DNA of 64,000 bases from Camelus dromedarius (taxonomy: Eukaryota). Made by a program: the position numbers and the translations under genes. Below, one piece after another: positions 13,585 to 26,514 of this stretch (the first letter of the stretch is position 1; every line of letters begins with the position of its first letter). The DNA is taken from assembly GCF_036321535.1 (NCBI RefSeq), contig NC_087454.1, forward strand, positions 18,166,001 through 18,230,000, written 5' to 3'. The notes beneath the pieces are model-generated. The model made no database searches. It worked only from the letters and a program-made list of their open reading frames with translations, and had not been told where the DNA came from.

Positions 13585-14095
13585 GCTCTCCACATTCACT
13601 CATTCAGCAAATATATATTGTGTCAGGCATTGTTCTGGGAGTACTAGAACAAAATACACAAGAAAATGGCCATTGCATTGTGCCTACATTCCAGTGGATA
13701 AAAGAGAAAATAGACAAATTTTAAAAAGAAAACTTACGATAGTAACATTTATAAGAGTTGTGAAGATAAGTATAACAGGGACACGTTCTAGGAAATATGG
13801 GAGGGCTCCAGTTTTAAATGGAGAAATTCGAGGAAGAGCTTGGAAAATATATTTGAGCAAAGACATGATGGAGATAAGCAAGCAAGGTAGAAATCTGGGG
13901 AAGAGGGCTCCCAGCAGAGGGAGTAGCAAGCACAATATTTAGGTCAGAAAAATGCGAAGGAACTGGAGAAGAGGATTAAGAAGTGTTCGGTGAGTAGGAG
14001 GAAGATCAAAAGCTTCAGTTTTCTTGGAAGAAAAGAGCAAAAAGCGTTTCCAGAAGGAATGAGTGATCAACTTTAAAATGCTGCTAATAGGTCAG
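13585..14095 (-). mobile_element. L2 LINE 3' fragment
   Basis: Begins attcactcattcagcaaatat...tgtcaggcattgttctggg, a typical antisense L2 end. Confidence 0.65.
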
Positions 14096-14609
14096 CTGAA
14101 GTCTATTTCCTGACCTCTTTGAATCTGGTTAGTCTCCTGATTTGCTTTAGCCAATAAAAAGACCAGAGGCTTTGCAAGCGTCCAACTCTTTTTCACAAAC
14201 CTCCAACTTAATTTTGAGAACATGCTCAGGGTAGAAAGCCAGTGAATGAGACCTATGGAATAGAGCCGGGTTGGACCAGTTTTATCAGCTGAGGCTCCAG
14301 CCAACATCAGCAAAATTATCATATCAAATTGCACTGTCCATAGACATGTGAATGAGGTTTGAGATCCAGCTGACCCAGGAACTTAAAAGAACAGTTTCTT
14401 TTTGTATGTCTCAGGGATATTGTGATTATTTCTCACATAGTTACTCTCAAAATAGATAACTGATACAATTTTATAATTCATGAAAATACATATAAAAATT
14501 CTAAATAGTCATTAGCAAGTTTAATATAGTGTTGCACAGAGAGCATGACATATTATAACCATGTGGAGTTTATCATAGGAATAGAGTGGTGTAACATTTG
14601 AAAATCAGT

Positions 14610-15100
14610 GCTATTTATCAATTTTTTTTTAAATTGAAAGGAAAACCTATAGATTCAGTCAAAGCATTTGACAAACTTCAATCCCCATTCATTGTTTCAA
14701 AACCTTAGCAAACTAAGAATAAAATGGGATTTCCTTAAGCTGATAAAGTATACCTACAAGAAACCTCCAGCAAGCATTAAACACTATGGTGAAATACTGA
14801 TTGAAACAAGGATGCTCATTATCACCATTTCTTTTCAGCATTGTACTGATGACCTTAGCTAGTGTAATAAACAAGAAAAAGAAACAAAATGCATACGGAA
14901 TGGAAAGAAAGAAGTATATTTGTCATTTTTTTTGGAATAACATAATTGTGTATATTGAAAATGTCTGTGTAGAAACTATGAAAATAGTTAAGTGAGTTTA
15001 TCAAGGTCACTGGAAAAATAATCGGTAAACAAAAATCAATCATATTTACACCAGCAACAAACAAATAGAAAATGAAATGTGAAGATTTGTGTAAGTCATA
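14610..15100 (+). mobile_element. Degenerate L1 ORF2 (RT) fragment
   Basis: Translations resemble KAFDKLQxPF and QGCSLSPFLFSIVL of L1 ORF2. Confidence 0.75.
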
Positions 15101-18100
15101 ATAGTTCACAGGAATCCATCTAATTCAAGGATGCTCCAGATTTAATATAAGGCTTTACATGCTGAACCTAATGATATCCCATGCCCGTCCATCTTACAAA
15201 GGAAATATAAACTAAGAAAGAGCTTTGGATATCCTGCTTTCATTTACACTTTAAACTGGTTTTTGCCATCTAGACATCATGTTCTCAGCCACCATTAATT
15301 TAAACACAAATATCCACACACATTCGTGGCAGTAGCCCAAGGTCTTCCATTGTTTTCTCTAATATGCTGTTCTTCAAATCCTATATCCCCTGGGCAAGGA
15401 GTTTTGAATTTATTATCTCCAAGTTTAAAATTGCCTCTGACCCCTAGGCCTTCAGATTTTTACTTAGTCTCTCTGGTATTTAATACTTGGTGCTCCCTAA
15501 TGTCCTATTATAGGTCTGTCCCTCTCAGTGCTTAGTTCCTCCTTATATAGGAAGTTCTTCCTGAGATCTAGCCCTGAGGAATTCAATCCACAAGGCTTGT
15601 CACTAAAAGAACTCTGTGGCCGTGCCTGTTCCGTTCTCTCAGAGAGTAATTGTTAGATGGTCAGAAAATAATCCTGTAAATTATAACATTCTGGGAGATC
15701 TTTCCTTACAAAGCAAGACAGAGATATGCCAATAAGCAGCCTTCTGGGAAATGAGGGTAAGAAGGGGAGGGTGGGAAAGTTGGCACTAGCCAAGGAGGAG
15801 AAATTAAATTTAAATGAACCAAAGTGTGTATTTCATACTGTATCTCTGATTTCCTAAAATATTCTGTGAATTTAGGAAAGTTTAACTTCTCTATGTCTCA
15901 GCTTCCACATCAACAAAATTAAGATAAAATGTAGCTATTTTATAGGGCATTGGTGAGGATAGTGAGCACCAATGAGATATTATTACTATTATTATTAAAC
16001 TCTGCAAATTCTTTCCTATTTCCAGGCCTTTGTTAACTGGGCATTATTTCTTAATTTTTCACTTTAAGGACTACTGAAAATTTTGAGTTTACTTATCCTG
16101 GTCTATTCACCAAACTAAAGACTTTATTCATATTTTCTTATTTGTTTGGTCCTCTATTTTATTTTTAAACTACTGTTTTCTTTGTTTAAATAACCTGTTA
16201 TAAGAACTTGTGAAAAAAAAAAAAAAAAGAAAACCTACATTACAAACATCATTTATCCCCTGACTAATCCCATCCTCATGCCCACTCAGAGGTAAGCACT
16301 GTTATTAGTTTGAGAAGTTTTTAAATAGTATACATGATTTTTGGTGGATTAAGTCTTAATTTTTTGTTTTCTTGTTTTACTTGATGCCTTTTCCTTCTTT
16401 CACAAATGCCTCTGTTCTCTTCGGATTGTCCACGTTAAGCATTTAATAAATATCCTTCCTTCTTTTTCTTCATTTTCATAAAATCCTATATAGGCATACA
16501 ATACATAAAATTATATTTAGAGCACTTTAGTCATTATTTTATATAGTTAAGGTCGTGCTATTTAATCTCTCTTGCATCTTCATTTGCTTACTCAGCAATA
16601 TCACAGGAAAATCACTAGAGTAGATTATTATTCAGGCAATTCCCCATTGAGGGAGTAAATTTTTTCTCCAACTTTCACAACTATAAACATTGCTACAATA
16701 AAAATTCTTGCCTTATGTCTTCATATATTGATCATTTTTTTCCATAGGATAGGTTTCCATGCATGATATTGCTAGGTTGATGGATATATGTGTATTTTCA
16801 AGATTTACTGTCCTATTTATTTCTAAAACTCTAGTGACACTTTGAATTTCTACCCATAATTTGAGAGTAGCCTTTTCCCTTCAGTAACATCAGGAATAGG
16901 AGTTACTGCTGGCCACTTAAAGACTGGAACAAAGAACTAAACAAACTTCACCATCTTATAACTGAACAGCTTATGAAGAGATTGTTGAATCTGTATGCTT
17001 CTAATTAGTCCTATTGGAATTAAAAGCTTCTTGGACAGACACACAAATCATCCTATCTCTAATGCTTAGAATAAAGGTATATAGAACACTTTTCTGAAAA
17101 TTATTCTATAAGACATAATGAAATTTGGGTGTTCTGAACACTCATGGACTGTTTATCATCGTATCACTTAGAAAAATTTGACTCAGCTTCCGTTTCTTAA
17201 TTCCATTTATTTGTCTACAATTCTACTTTGCATACATTTGTTATGTCTGTTGAAAATTAAAATTTTAAAGCAGAGCAGTCTTGCTTTCTAACCTTCAGTC
17301 TGCTATGTACTAGCTTGGGAAAACAACCTCTCCAAGCTTAATTCAAATTTCTGCCTGAATTAATCTCTCATGAAATGCAAACAAACTAACAAAACTTCCC
17401 TCCCTGTTCTAAGCCAAATTACAATGTTGTGTGAAAAAATTACTATTATTTATTCTTATGCTCCAGCAGGAATATTGGAGTCCAGTGTAGTATTTAAAAC
17501 TTTTTATACATTAACAGATTCATGGTAATTTCTTGAGGAAATTTAGAAATAAATAATTTTTATGTTTACTGAAAAACAGAAAATTTCAATGTTACAGAAG
17601 ATTAAATTGCTTTCCAAAGCCATCAAGTAACTTGCCCAGTTGTGCAGGTGACTTAGTGGCAAGATAGGAACTACAATTTTTATCATTCTTTTGTATCTTA
17701 ATGCTCTTTCCACAGTAAAAGCTAAAAAGAAGTTTCCAAGACTTTGCTGAAACTCCTCATTATGAATCCTTGAATCTTAGTCATGGAGTGAGAAAACCTG
17801 GTAAGTAGCTGGAGGTGTAATGTCAACCAACATACAGGAAGGCAGGTGGTAATAATTTATATTTATCTAGGCAATATAAATTTAAATATCCTAGTTACAT
17901 ATTTGTCCTGCTTTCCAGAATTCTTATAATCAGTGGCAACTTTTTTTTTTTTGCCAATAAGGTGCCCAATGCTCCCATAATCCAGCCTTTAGGAAACCTC
18001 CATGTTGAGCCTTAATTCAGACTCAGTTTTAAGAATCTATTAAGAGAGAAAAACTACATTTATATAAGATTTGCTTTCTGATGGTATTAAAGTCTAAAAC

Positions 18101-18708
18101 AATGTTGATCCTTATAGTAAAATGCAGAGTATAAGACATTTAAAGTTATTATATAATACATAATAATTTTTGTTAAGAAGAGGTATTATAATACTTGTTT
18201 ACTAAAAATTAGACTGAACAGGAGTAAAGTTAAATATTAAAGTATGATTTGTTCTCTCTTCATTCCCACTCCTCAGAGGTAACAACCTTTAACACTTTTG
18301 CACACTTCCAGGTAATTTTTATACATGTGTGAATACTGACATGTATAATATTACATTGCCTTATGTAAACACATGGAAGCATGCTAAATACACGTTCAGA
18401 AACGTGTTTTTTCCCTTGAAGATTTGAGTATTTTTGCACATTCATATTTATAATCTGAATTTATCTGTATCCTTGTTTTACTGACAGCTACACAGCAACA
18501 GGCATAGCAGAAGCCTTCTTTACCACTCTCTACTGAGAGGTGTAGAATAAGGGAGCAAAATTAAAATACACTTTGAATAATAATTCAAAAATTGCATTCC
18601 TCTTGTTAAATTCACATTTCTATACCAACAAAATAATAATAAAATAATACTGGGTGGCGCTAGTAAGGAAGACAATTTTGGGATGAACTTTGGCAGCTTT
18701 GACTTATA

Positions 18709-19179
18709 CAGTTGGCCCTTCCTGTCTGTGTGTTCTGCATCCATAGATGGAAAGTATTTTTTTTTAAATTCCAGAAAGCTCCAAAAAGCAAATCAATTTT
18801 GCCCTGCAACTATTTACATGGCATTTGCATTGTATTTACAACTGCTTATATAGCATTTACATTGTATTAGGTCTTTTTTTTTTTTAACAGTTTTTATTGA
18901 TTTATAATCATTCTACAATGTGTCAAATTCCAGTGTAGAGCACAATTTTTCAGTTATACATGAACATATATATATTCATTGTCACATTTTTTTCTCTGTG
19001 AGCTACCATAATGTAGTAGGTCTTATAGGTAATCTAGAGATGATTTAAAGTATATGAGAGAATATGTGTAGGTTGTACGTAAATACTTTGCCATTTTATA
19101 TAAGGGACTCAGCATCCTCAGAATTTGGCATCTACAGAGGTCCTGGAATCAGTCCCCTGTGGATATGGAAGAACAACTG
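18709..19179 (-). mobile_element. MER2 (Tigger-family) DNA transposon, interrupted by a young L1 tail
   Basis: TA flanks at both ends (18707-18708, 19180-19181), CAG/CTG termini, and the MER2-type internal ataggtaatctagagatgatttaaagtat. Confidence 0.75.
18875..19010 (-). mobile_element. Young 5'-truncated L1 3' end (~135 bp)
   Basis: Reverse complement of the L1 tail seen at 37230-37350. TSD tgtattaggtctt / tgtagtaggtctt (1 mismatch). Confidence 0.85.
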
Positions 19180-19544
19180 TATTAATACCTCCAGCCAAAC
19201 TAAGGACTCTGAATAGCCTCTGCTTTAAGCATCTCAGAGTTCTTGCATCACTATGATACTTTCATTCACATTGCTGTGTGGCACTATGCCAGGCAATTAC
19301 ATTAAAGATCACATTTATAATTTACATCAGGTAGTCACTACTACCTCTATTGTTGAGGTTGGTGGTTTTGGAGTTGTGGTGGAAATGGGAAGGTAAGTCT
19401 TCAACTCAAAGAGCCATTTTCCATTGTTGACCCTAGGACAATTAAGAATTCTAAGAATTATAAGCAATTTTCCTCTCTGAACATCTCAGAGACCTTGGTT
19501 CACTATAGTTCCTTTCATTTACATTAATGTCACCACACCAGAAA

Positions 19545-19670
19545 GGCAATATTATATTCACTTTATAGATGGGGAACCTGGAGTTCCTAGAATATAAGAA
19601 ATAGTGCCAGTACTCTTGATTTACATAGTAGAAACTTGAACCCAGGCTTGTCTGGTTCCAAATTCCACGT
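19545..19670 (-). mobile_element. MIR fragment
   Basis: tttatagatggggaacctggag and cttgaacccaggcttgtctggttccaaa. Confidence 0.55.
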
Positions 19671-20288
19671 TATTAGTATCTTTTTTTCCCCTCAGTGTCA
19701 GAATACTTTTTATTCATTTACATGCTCATTTTAAAAATCATTTTTGTTTCATATTAGTATCTTTTTATTTTCATTCTATGAGGTCCTAAAAGGCAAAAGA
19801 CATGTTCGTTTGAAATCTGTCTGACAGCTTGCTCGAACCTATCTACAAACATAGTTTTGGGAGTGGTCTAAATACTTTTAATTGTTTCAGATGCTAGAGT
19901 AATCTCCTTGGCACTGAGGAGAAATTAGAATGAAAAAGTAATGTACCAGGAATTGTAACCAAACTTCCTAATAATAGCTATCTAGGTGGAAAGTAGTGCA
20001 AACAAAGATTAGCCAGATGACAAAAGAAAAAAAATCAAAGAACCAATTTTATTAAAGCTGTTTAAACCAGGTATTTATCTTAAATTTTTGGTTTTCATTT
20101 TTGAAGTGCTGATACAGATATAGAAAGACTGAATTTTAGAAATACTTAGATAACTAAGTATTTTTCTTGTTACAACAATATCAGTTCTGTAAATGTCTTC
20201 AAACAGAAAGGAAAGTGATTATAAATAATTGAAATAGTCAATAAATATGTTCATTGACTTCCTGAATTTTTGTTTCAGGAAACCAAGA

Positions 20289-21245
20289 ATGGAAACACTG
20301 GTCACGAATCACATAAATGACAGTATCCCACTGGAGTTTATCCTCTTAGGCTTCTCAGATCAACCATGGCTGGAGTTTCTACTCTTTGTGGTTTTCTTCA
20401 TTTCTTATATCGTGACTATCTTTGGAAATCTGACCATTATTCTAGTGTCACGCCTGGACTCCAGACTCCATACACCCATGTATTTCTTTCTTACCAATCT
20501 GTCACTCCTAGATGTTTGCTACACCACAAGCACAGTTCCACAACTGCTGGTGAATTTATACAGCACCAGGAAGGTAATTAGTTATGCTGGCTGTGTAGCC
20601 CAGCTTTTCGTGTTTCTGGCCTTGGGGGCCACTGAATGTGTTCTGCTGGCTGTCATGTCCTTTGATAGGTTTGTAGCTATTTGCTGGCCTCTCCATTACT
20701 CAGTCATCATGCACCAGAGGCTCTGCCTCCAGTTGGCGGCTGCGTCCTGGGTTACTGGTTTCAGCAACTCAGTGTGGTTATCTGCCCTGACTCTCCAACT
20801 GCCACTCTGTGGCCCTTATGTACTAGATCACTTTCTCTGTGAAGTCCCTGCTCTGCTCAAGTTGTCCTGTGTTGACACAACAGCAAATGAGGCTGAACTA
20901 TTCCTTGTAAGTGTGTTATTCCATCTGGTACCCTTGACACTTATTCTTATATCGTATGCTTTTATTGCTCAAGCAGTGTTGAGAATCCAATCTGCTGAAG
21001 GTAGACAAAAAGCATTTGGAACATGTGGCTCCCATCTGATTGTGGTGTCCCTTTTTTATGGTACAGCTGTCTCCATGTACCTGCAACCACCTTCAACCAA
21101 CTCCAAGGACCGGGGAAAGTTGGTTTCCCTCTTCTATGGAATCATCGCACCCATGCTGAACCCCCTGATATATACACTTAGAAACAAAGAGGTAAAGGAG
21201 GCATTTAAAAGGTTAGTTGCAAGAGTTTTCTCAATCAAGAAATAA
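20289..21245 (+). CDS. OR2B6: Olfactory receptor OR2B6-like; the ORF-track ATG at 20247 is probably intronic, with the first exonic ATG at 20289
   Basis: All OR motifs are present ([48 protein letters not shown]). [29 protein letters not shown] and the C-terminus LVARVFxIKK match recalled human OR2B6. Splice acceptor ttttgtttcAG at 20277-20278. Confidence 0.88.
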   Translation: METLVTNHINDSIPLEFILLGFSDQPWLEFLLFVVFFISYIVTIFGNLTIILVSRLDSRLHTPMYFFLTNLSLLDVCYTTSTVPQLLVNLYSTRKVISYAGCVAQLFVFLALGATECVLLAVMSFDRFVAICWPLHYSVIMHQRLCLQLAAASWVTGFSNSVWLSALTLQLPLCGPYVLDHFLCEVPALLKLSCVDTTANEAELFLVSVLFHLVPLTLILISYAFIAQAVLRIQSAEGRQKAFGTCGSHLIVVSLFYGTAVSMYLQPPSTNSKDRGKLVSLFYGIIAPMLNPLIYTLRNKEVKEAFKRLVARVFSIKK

Positions 21246-21246
21246 G

Positions 21247-21639
21247 TGTTACAAAGAAGAAAAACAGGCCCCAAACGGAGTCACTTGTACTAAGCCCATG
21301 AAACCAAACCAGGACTTGATACCTAATGCAATTGCAGTCTTAACCCTCCAGGAATGTTTGCTTAGACAACCTGGAATTTCCTGGTCAGCAGTAAGTGAGG
21401 TAATCTGCCTAATAGGTCCTTCCCTTCCCCTTGGGAGGGCAATCTTGCCTGAAACAATGCATTTTTTCCTAATAATTTCCCTTTTTGCCCCACCTTTCTG
21501 CCTTTAAAAACCTTTCCTTTCTACAGCTATGCAGAGCTCTTTTTTGTTTGCTAGATGGGATGTTGCTTAATTCATGAATTGTTCAATAAAGCTAATTAGA
21601 TGTTTAAAATGTACTCAGTTGAATCTCTGTTATTTAACA
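21247..21639 (+). mobile_element. Solo LTR (ERV1, MER34/MER39-like) starting 1 bp after the OR2B6 stop codon
   Basis: Starts TGTTAC and ends TTTAACA. It has the motif caggccccaaacggagtcacttg, a TATA-like tttaaaaa near 21503, and AATAAA at 21585-21590. Confidence 0.7.
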
Positions 21640-22439
21640 CAATGAATATGCAAGTGATAAGCTCTGTAAACGATTAATGTTTATGTTGCTTACTAACTTC
21701 AAGTTGCCCTATTTTCATCATTCCTACAGAGAACTTTTGTGTTTATCTCCCTCAAATAAAATTTCATTGACAGAAAGCTACATTAGTCTTCTTTTGCCTG
21801 AACATATTTATTGAACAGATATCCACAACTAGCCTTCCAGTTCACCAGAAACTGTGTAATCTGAACCTCTTCAAACTTTACATCAATGTTTGTATAATTT
21901 GGTGTAGCTTAGACCCTTCTAAGAATATGGTAAAGGCCAGAAATCATTTCTCTGGTAATATCATACGTACACACGCACTCAGAAACACACATTTTTTCAC
22001 ACAATTAGAGGAGGTTTACCAAAACCCTAAAAAAATAACAACTTTAAATGAGGTTATCAACTCATGTTTAAAATTTTCAATATCACTTCCATGTCAGCAT
22101 AATAATAAAAACCAGTGATTTTTCTTCTAGATTGTGCTTGGATTTTCCATTCTCTATACTCAGGTTTTCCTCTTCATTGGAAACATCCCTTTTTACTTCC
22201 TTTATAGATCAAATCCTAGGCATTTATTAGGCCTCACTAATTTTCACTTCCTTGAAATTTTTTTCATAATTCTCCCAATTATCAATATTTTCCCTATTTT
22301 CTTAACCCCTAAAACACTTACAGCCTAGATTTTAAAATAGCACATCATATAGTGAGTTCCAATGATTTCCTGTTTCATACACGTTTCTTGCACAACAATA
22401 GTTTCATTACATTTTAATCTCCTTAAGAGAACATAGCAG

Positions 22440-22810
22440 TGACTTAGTCCTGCCCCAAACCCTCCACTGCAATTATTGTAAAGTTTAATCTGTTAATATG
22501 GCTTATAACTCCTTACATGATCACTCCAACCAATGCAAAACTTTCTTCACTTTCATTTGATGCCATGTGAGATTCATCCATTTTGATTCATTTTTTATCC
22601 TGTGGTATACTCCTTAGTATGAATGGACCACAGTGTATTAAGCAGGTCTCCAAATGATACTCATCTAGGTGATTTCCAATTTTCTGCTACCACAAATAAA
22701 GCTGTTATCAACATTGCTATACCTACCTCTTGGGTATATGAGCTAGAATTTTTCTATAGGTGTGGAATTTCTGGGGCATAGTTATATGTAAATCTTCAAA
22801 TTTACTATAT
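22440..22810 (-). mobile_element. Old L1 (L1ME-like) fragment
   Basis: gtgagattcatccatttt, gtgatttccaattttctgcta, ctggggcatagttat. Confidence 0.55.
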
Positions 22811-23089
22811 AGTGCCTGTTTCCATTTATTTGTATTATTTTTATTTATTATGGAACTACATCACATAATTGTCAATAAACTAAAATATTTATTTATGGTA
22901 AATGGAGATGCATGAAGAAGAAATAAGTTATAGTTACCATTTTATATCCTATAGAAAAGTCAATACTGCAAATCATTTGCCCTTAGAGTACTCCATCAAA
23001 AATTTCCTATGCCTTTTATTCAAAATGTTCATTGTAAAAGACAGCAAGTCTTCAACATGATACATTTACTATCTCCTTATAGATGAACT

Positions 23090-23230
23090 GATAAAACTGA
23101 CAATTATTAATTGAGAAAGAACTATATGTTAACACTTTGCTAGGCACTGGGGATACAGCAGTGAATGCAATGCTTAATGGGAAGTGAATATATAGTAGAG
23201 TGGAAAACTAATGAGCAATTAACAAATACA
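23090..23230 (-). mobile_element. L2 3' end fragment
   Basis: gctaggcactggggatacagcagtgaa. Confidence 0.6.
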
Positions 23231-23599
23231 ATAGAATCAAGAACTCAATGTTTATCTCTTTCTCTGTCTTGAATAAGGTGGTAATTTTTGACACAATCTT
23301 GTAAGTTCCTCTTTCTAATCTTCCTTACTTTTCTTATGAAATGCTAAGGACAGATACATAACACTTATTGATGTACCAATTGTCTTTCACAATGCCTGCA
23401 AATATGTTTGATGAATAAAGTTTATTGAATTCCCAGAGTAATTGGCATTAGGAGTTTTTTGGAAATTGCTGCTGAAGATTGAGTAGAGAACAACAAAAAA
23501 GTCACTGATAGAGAATAGCTCTCCTAGATACTCCCACTGAATCCCTGCTCAACAAAATGCCGTCCATAAGCGAGGGAATGATTATTCTAGTTATGTCAG

Positions 23600-24070
23600 G
23601 AAAGTTGAGATTTGATGGTGCGCATGCCATTAACGCGTAAAGCCTCAGGGCTGCTGAGTAGCTCTCAGAGGCAACTGTAAAGCAAAGAGAACATAATGAC
23701 AGGAGCTGAGTCACGCTAGCTCTCCACTGCAATCAGTCCTTTATTGACTGTTTCTCCTCTAAGACAGATAACCCTAGAGATTGCTCCATTTTGTGAGTTA
23801 TAATGAAACTGGCTTGAAACTTTTTAATGGCTGCATGCAGCATGGGGAGAACATGTTAATCAGTTCTGCTCTTCCAAGAGCTGGATCTCTGTGGACACGG
23901 AGAAAACAAGATCGTGGTTATCAATAGTTCAACTCTAATAGCCATTATAATGAGATCTCTAGGGTCTTGTTTTTCCTTCCAACTTGTATTAAAGAGCAGC
24001 AGAAGTTGAAAAATCACTCTTTCTCTTGCTCTAGTTTTAAATGTTACTGATGACCTCATTATGTTCATAT
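23600..24070. promoter_or_regulatory. Candidate OR enhancer or promoter: cluster of homeodomain (TAATGA/G) and O/E (EBF)-like sites
   Basis: AACTTTTTAATGG at 23818-23830. TAATGA at 23694, 23801, 23948 and (minus) 24056. ATCTCTAGGGT occurs twice in opposite orientation (23771-23781 minus, 23955-23965 plus). No repeat family recognised. Confidence 0.55.
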
Positions 24071-26438
24071 AAACACGAAACAATTGCAAAATATTTAAAG
24101 GTGGAAACAATGTACTATTACATACAGTCTTCTTCCAAGCTTACTCACACCGTTACTTTGAAAATGGCAAGAAGAAAATCAAGCTATTTAGTTAAAAAAA
24201 AAAAACTATTTTCTTATACCCTCAGATTTCAAATATTATGAAACTGAAAATTATTTGCAATACAGTAGGAGAAAAATATCTCATTGTTTTGATTTGTATT
24301 TATTTAATTACAAGTGAGACTAAAAATTTTTATAAGTTTGGGGACCATCTGTGTTGCTATTTTATTAAATTTTATCTCATTGTTCTTTGCCCATTTGTAT
24401 TACCCAGACAAGTGTAATCCTTACTTATTTTTAAAAATTTATTTGTTGGAAAAGGCCCTTTGATTACTAAAAATATTTGCTCTTTGTTCCATGTATGTGT
24501 TGTAAATATTTTTCTCTGTTTTACAAACTATTAGTAGGCTTTTTCTAAGAACTTATTGAACCAGTGCAATTTGTTCATTGGCCATAAAACTTGACTCCTA
24601 TATTGCTTTTTACTTTAGTCTTATTTCTATACCTATAAAATGATACAATTTTAAACCCAGATAACATACAAGTTTTGCTTCTGAGATGAGTTTTTTAAGG
24701 GTCAGTCATTAGTTTCAAATAACATTAGTTTGGGGAAAAATGTAAGCTTTAATGTGTCACATCAGTGAGTACGATTAATGTTTATTCTTGTGCCCGTCTT
24801 AGAGGAATCTCTCTAGACCTTAATTCACTGGTTGCAGAGATCATGTTATCATTTTGGAGGTTTTTGGGGGGCAAATTTACCTTCTCCAAAAGGTAATCAG
24901 TGTGGTTTCCACTTTTTGTTTGAATATAATTTAAAGACCATGAATGAATCAAATGCAGTCTATTTATTTTATATTTACTATATTCCAGTAACCTTACCAA
25001 TATAAGTGAAAATAAAAGTTACAAATCAGGTGACAAAGAGAAACATAATATACTTTTGCATTATCATTTTGAAAAATTATATTAAAATAGAAGGAAATTA
25101 GACTTTAAGATTCTTCCCTCAGAAGACAGACTAAATCTCATTTCAATTCAAGGATAAAAGGTGTTCAAAAGCTGTTCATATTTGCACTATGCTGCCAAAC
25201 TTTGGTGTTGCCCCACCAAACACCAGGAATATTTTCTCATAGAAATAAAAGTTCAGAGTTTTAGGATATGGATAACTGTGGCCCCAGACAGAAACCAAGA
25301 AAAGAGATTTGATTCCCAATCATCTGATGTTATTCCAAGATTTCCCCTAAGAGTATACTCCTCTATTCCCTTCTGCAGCCCAGCCAATTACCCAAAGGAG
25401 TATGCAGTTCCTATGATCGCAACAAGAAAACATGTTATGTCAACTTGGAGGCACCATTTTTGATGCTAAGAAGTTAGTCCTTCGTTTTTCAGTCCATCTG
25501 GGTCTATAAGAGCTTCCTAATCTGCACTGGTTATCTTCTGAGGGCTTTAGCTGAGAGCTCCTGAAGCCTCCTGAAGGCTGGGTATTCGGCCAAAATGGCA
25601 GGTAGACAGGGGAGGAATGCTAATGCTATTTTCTATTTCAATTGCCTCTTTTTTCCATAATTTAACTAACCTATGGCAATTATTCCATTTTGTGTTTTCT
25701 CTGAGGTAGTGATACACCATTATTCCATCACTCTAGTCAAATTATAAGAAAAAGGGATTCACATGGCATTTACAACTCTTTTATCTTCAGGAACAAACAA
25801 GACTCTAACACAAGAAAGACGGTTTGGGGCTTGATTGTCATCTCCCTTCTTAACTTAAGATCTCTGTAATCACTTTTATATAGTACCTGGTGCATTAGAC
25901 TCATATCATTCTATTGTTACTTTACCTATAGTAACTGCACAATCTTCTGTAAAATCCCAAGTAACAAATGCCAACCAAAGGGAAAAACATCAGTGTGGGT
26001 TCTCCCTATTAATGTTTTCACTTGGGAATGTTGAAACCAGGTAAGCCTAAATGATTTGAGAAAATTAAGAATATTTTCTTTTCTTTTGGTATACTGTATT
26101 TGGCTTTGGAAAATAAATTTACTATAAGAACTGAGAAGTTGAGACACTTTCACCAAAAAACAAGTTTTTTATTTGAAAATCAAAATATTTGTGACAATTT
26201 ATGTCCTACTCTGCCTTTATTTTTTCCCAGCTTACTAATTGAATATATATTATTAATTGAAGCAGTCTTTGATTCTCTAAATCACACAGCAGTCTACATA
26301 TTTTATAAGATCCATTTAATAATTTTAGTCCTTTTATTTATGCTTAAGTTGTCAAAGAATCAACATGACTAAGGGTTTAAGGTACATTTCCTTTGCACCT
26401 GCTACTCTGCTGTTTTCACGTCTGTCTCCCTTTCACAG

Positions 26439-26514
26439 AGATGCCCATGTGAAATCCCTCAGAAATCAACTGCCTAAAAAATTTTAAAAGAATTCAAAAT
26501 TTTTGTTTTCTTAG
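26439..26514 (+). other. Putative non-coding 5'UTR exon of the OR2W4-like gene
   Basis: Pyrimidine tract plus cAG at 26437-26438 and donor TAG|GTAAGC at 26515. A further strong donor CAG|GTAAGC lies at 26041. Predicted from motifs only. Confidence 0.4.

Noticed and set aside
20247-20288. Longer OR2B6 N-terminus [14 protein letters not shown]
   Set aside because: The ATG and most of the extension lie upstream of a good splice acceptor at 20277-20278, so they are probably intronic.
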